DNA of 64,000 bases, from the NCBI GenBank assembly GCA_903944345.1, contig CAJARJ010000001.1, positions 12,339 through 76,338 of the forward strand. Reading direction: 5' to 3'. Each line of letters opens with the position of its first letter. Positions within the stretch are counted from its first letter, which is position 1. The stretch is from Candidatus Omnitrophota bacterium (GTDB taxonomy: Bacteria; Omnitrophota; Gorgyraeia; Zapsychrales; Fredricksoniimonadaceae). The position numbers and the translations under genes are program-made. Below are positions 60,763 through 64,000 of the stretch, one piece after another. The notes beneath the pieces are model-generated. The model made no database searches, had not been told where the DNA came from, and worked only from the letters and a program-made list of their open reading frames with translations.

Positions 60763-62511
60763 TTAGAATGACCTGATGCCCTTCATACGGATATCCATCT
60801 CTTCTGACTCAACTTCCTGGGCTTCGGGCGGCACACGCGTTGTGTGTCCGTCAAAGCCTTCGGGACCCCGTGCGGGAGCTGTCTGCCTGACCTGGTCAAG
60901 CCCATCCTCTATAAGACGCTCTCTGGTTTGCACAGACGCAATGTCCGGAGGAACAATATCGTCGGTTTCCAGCCCCTTGATCGGGACATCTCCGGGAATG
61001 ATTCTGGGTGTAATAAAAATAATCAGCTCGGTCTTTTTACGCTGCTTGCCTTTGGCTCCAAAAGCACTGCCCAGTACCGGCAGCCGGGAAAGAACCGGAA
61101 TACCTGTTGTATCTTCACGCTTGTCTTCCTTCATAAGGCCGGCAATCATGATCATGGTGCCATCCTTGACCTTGACCACGGTGGACGCCTCGGAAGTTTC
61201 CACAATCGGAATGCGGCTGCCCAAAGCAGTCGTAATAATCTCGCGCACCGAGCTGACTTCAGGCTTGATCTTGAGGACAACATAACGATCCTTGCTGATC
61301 GAAGGCTCGACCTTCAGCTTGACACCAACATCGGTAAACTGGATGTTTTCAGACGTGACTGTGGTGGAATCGCCCTGGCTGAGCGACTGGGTGACATACG
61401 CTTCGCGTGAACCAACCATGATACTGGCTTCCTGATTGTTGGTCACAGAAATCCGCGGTTGGGAAAGAACTTTGGTATCCCCGAGTGTTTCCAGAAACTG
61501 GATGGCGGCAGTGTATTTGTCGGACTCAAGAGAACCCACGGTGACCTTAAGCTGATCGGTCCCCAGACCGGGCGAAGGCGTAAACGAAGAAGCCAGCGGA
61601 AAGGTTCCCTCGACCTTGGCATTATCCAGAGAAGCCCCCATAATTTTCGACCAGTTGATGCCCCGCAGATATTCCTTCTTGAGTGTGACCTGGACTATTT
61701 CGCCTTCTATAAAAACCTGGCGAGTTGGTTCGTCAAAAGCGCGAACCATGGAGCGCACCTTGTCCATGCGCTCGGGCAGATCGGAAACAACCAGTTTATG
61801 CGAGCGCTCGTCAACATAGATTTCGCCTACTCCGGGGGTAAGCACGCCCGACAAAAGGGCTTTAACATCGGCCGGGACGGAATACTGCAACTCAAAGATT
61901 TCGACCTGAAGCGGGCGATCCAGACGCGCAATGGTTTCGGCAATGAGAGGCATCTTTTCGGGAATATCAATTACAAAAAGCGAGCCGGTGTTCTCGTCGA
62001 CCACAATCTTGCCGATGTCAGACTTGAGCTGACCCAAAGCCTCGAAAACAACCTGTGGCTTGGTGTAGGCCAGCTTGAAGAAACGCACCATACGCTTTTC
62101 GTTAAACTTCTTGCCGTAGGCACGCTCGTATTCGGAGGTAGTCATGACATTGATAATGCGGCCATTTTTTTCGTAAGCCAAATCCTGGCTGAACATAACA
62201 ACATCCAGCGCATCCTCGTAACTGAGATTGTTCAGATAAATGTTGATGCGGCCGGAAACGCTACGGGTGGGAACGATAGTAACTCCCATTTTAACCGAAA
62301 GGACGCGTAGAAATTCGTTTATGTCGATTCCCTTGAGATCCAGGGATATTTTCTGGTCGACAGAATTCTGATCGAGCAATTTCTCGACCGAAACCGCCGA
62401 AGGTCCGCCTTGTTCCGATGCTCCGGAAGCCCCCTGGGCCCGGATTGCCGGAGAAGGAAACGCAAGCGATACCGCCAGAACTGCTGGGATAACAAATGAC
62501 CGTCTGTTCAT
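60763..62511 (-). CDS. gspD: Secretin (GspD/PilQ family)
   Basis: ISLDLKGIDI N0 domain, N3 repeats, QVFIEGEIV, VLSQPRI..NNQEASI, DVGVKLKVEP, GIPVLSRLPVLG, ELIIFITPRII. Confidence 0.93.
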   Translation of the reverse strand: MNRRSFVIPAVLAVSLAFPSPAIRAQGASGASEQGGPSAVSVEKLLDQNSVDQKISLDLKGIDINEFLRVLSVKMGVTIVPTRSVSGRINIYLNNLSYEDALDVVMFSQDLAYEKNGRIINVMTTSEYERAYGKKFNEKRMVRFFKLAYTKPQVVFEALGQLKSDIGKIVVDENTGSLFVIDIPEKMPLIAETIARLDRPLQVEIFELQYSVPADVKALLSGVLTPGVGEIYVDERSHKLVVSDLPERMDKVRSMVRAFDEPTRQVFIEGEIVQVTLKKEYLRGINWSKIMGASLDNAKVEGTFPLASSFTPSPGLGTDQLKVTVGSLESDKYTAAIQFLETLGDTKVLSQPRISVTNNQEASIMVGSREAYVTQSLSQGDSTTVTSENIQFTDVGVKLKVEPSISKDRYVVLKIKPEVSSVREIITTALGSRIPIVETSEASTVVKVKDGTMIMIAGLMKEDKREDTTGIPVLSRLPVLGSAFGAKGKQRKKTELIIFITPRIIPGDVPIKGLETDDIVPPDIASVQTRERLIEDGLDQVRQTAPARGPEGFDGHTTRVPPEAQEVESEEMDIRMKGIRSF

Positions 62512-62540
62512 AACGTTCAGAGCACAACCTCCGTCCTAGG

Positions 62541-63152
62541 TTACCTCAGATCCCACACTTTGCCGTTTTTTTCGATGACGACACTGTCTCTTTTTATTTC
62601 GTTGACCTTGAAATTGCCGATTGCATCGTTTCTGGCAACCAGATAAGTTTTTTGTTCCTGGACATTCTCAACCATAGCCTGAGGGGTATCAGACCAGAGA
62701 ATACCCACCAGTCTGAATTCCGCGATTTCCTCACGGTCGCCTATCACATCGCCACCCTCAGTCCGGGCTACCGGAACCAGAGAAAAAATATTTCTTTTCT
62801 TGAGCAGAAACTGAACTCTGGTGAAATCAGCACCAGCGGTCTTTTCGTATTTGATTCCGCTGCCAACCGGCGCCGTCTCGATCCGGCGTAAATCCTGTCC
62901 CGCTTTTTCGCTGGCATAAAGAAAATATCCGGCGAAAACAGCTGTAAGAACAATACAAAGAACGACGAGCAAGGGAATAAGCCCCTTGGTTTTCCAAGGC
63001 GCATTGGCCATCATAAGCGCCTTGCTGGAACGGAAGGAAATACTGCGAACCTGATCTGTGCCGACGGCAGCTGTCCGGCCTTCGAGACCCGGGGGCGGCT
63101 TGAGCGCTGACGCCTGCTTTTCTTCCTGCATTTTTGTTGTTCCCCGAAGCAA
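62541..63152 (-). CDS. GspC/PilP-like protein (TM + HR domain)
   Basis: TM, RNIF, LVGILWSDTPQAMVE..GN..V.EIKRDSVVI; start may be 63131. Confidence 0.7.
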   Translation of the reverse strand: MLRGTTKMQEEKQASALKPPPGLEGRTAAVGTDQVRSISFRSSKALMMANAPWKTKGLIPLLVVLCIVLTAVFAGYFLYASEKAGQDLRRIETAPVGSGIKYEKTAGADFTRVQFLLKKRNIFSLVPVARTEGGDVIGDREEIAEFRLVGILWSDTPQAMVENVQEQKTYLVARNDAIGNFKVNEIKRDSVVIEKNGKVWDLR

Positions 63153-63195
63153 TGGCCAAGATCAAACAATGAACGCGCATTTATGATTCTCTCTT

Positions 63196-63224
63196 AGGTT
63201 ATATAAGCAATCGCTCCAGCACAA
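63196..63224 (-). promoter_or_regulatory. Possible promoter of the secretion/ATPase operon
   Basis: TTGTGC-17 bp-TAACCT in the AT-rich gap upstream of the cluster. Confidence 0.3.
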
Positions 63225-63262
63225 GAGATTTTCTTTTTTTTTATGTTCCTGTGTTGTGCGGA

Positions 63263-63985
63263 CTAAAACCGCCGGGCCAATCCGAGCCGCCCGCCAAGCA
63301 GCACATCCCTCCCGGTCAAGGGGCTTTTCCTGGCTCCGGCGCCCAGCCATTCGGTTCCAAGTCCGGTCATTATCACCCAGTTGCGGGATATCCCGCAGAA
63401 GAACGTTGTCCCGGCAAAAAAGTGTCCGGTCGTGCCTGCCCGGTACTCCGGCCGGTCGGGGCGCACTTCATCCGGCCTGACCCCGAAATAATAATCTTCC
63501 AGCCTGGCGGAATGCAGCCGACCGCCCGCAGAAAAAGACAAGCGCCAGTATTTCGAAATGAATTTCTTTTCCAGGCCAAGTTCGGCCGAAGGCCCCGCGT
63601 GCCGGCCGGAAATATCTGCCGCCACCTTGCCCTCCAGAAACAAATTCTGCGTAAAGGGCAGTTCGAGAGAGGCCCCCAACCCGGCATCAAAAGATTTCTC
63701 CCGGTCGTTCATCCCCTCCAAAGCGTCGCTGTCCCCGGCACTATAACCCATCATGCGTGGTGCCGCCAGAATCCTCAACTCCAGAGGTGCGCGATCATAA
63801 AAACGAAAAGACAATTCGGTGCCTTTGAGCGCGACAGGCCCCGCCGACCAGACGAACAGCGGCAGGATGAAAGTCTTGTTGTCCATTCCCTTGTACGGGC
63901 TGGCCGAAATGAAAGCCCCCAGGCCAAGCAGTCTAATCTCCTCGGCCAGAGACACACCGGAGACAAATAAAAGACCAGCCAACAT
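63263..63985 (-). CDS. mipA: MipA/OmpV family outer membrane protein
   Basis: SPYKG, L.GM.DR, DYYFGV...E....RPEY, SPL, terminal Phe; start may lie slightly upstream. Confidence 0.8.
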   Translation of the reverse strand: MLAGLLFVSGVSLAEEIRLLGLGAFISASPYKGMDNKTFILPLFVWSAGPVALKGTELSFRFYDRAPLELRILAAPRMMGYSAGDSDALEGMNDREKSFDAGLGASLELPFTQNLFLEGKVAADISGRHAGPSAELGLEKKFISKYWRLSFSAGGRLHSARLEDYYFGVRPDEVRPDRPEYRAGTTGHFFAGTTFFCGISRNWVIMTGLGTEWLGAGARKSPLTGRDVLLGGRLGLARRF

Positions 63986-64000
63986 TATCGATGCCTGTAA

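Overview
A gene-dense bacterial window with most genes on the minus strand. Its gene content suggests Candidatus Omnitrophota (PVC superphylum); this is inferred, not shown by a marker gene. The left half (1-31.3 kb) holds housekeeping and stress genes (rlmN, accA, LysM L,D-transpeptidase, comM, fprA, DEAD-box helicase, two ABC-F ATPases, a truncated Rho, ygiQ, cspA, HIT). Among them sit three paralogous secreted 'cassette' proteins (4898-8095, 8186-10573, 20655-23990). They share a conserved ~300-aa N-terminal domain and a C-terminal GGIDL...PxIxxI motif, but carry unrelated middle domains (GGDEF-like, methyltransferase-like, PRTase-like plus effector-like). The right half (31.4-63.2 kb) is one tightly packed ~32-kb minus-strand gene cluster. 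In it a type II secretion/type IV pilus machinery (secretin, GspC/E/F, PilM-N, PilO, pseudopilins G/I/J/K) surrounds a 4918-aa giant adhesin-like protein and an F1Fo-type ATPase set (epsilon, c, b-delta fusion, alpha, gamma, beta) with no recognisable a-subunit. The giant protein appears to be built from nested domain insertions. I recognised no rRNA, tRNA, CRISPR array or transposase.
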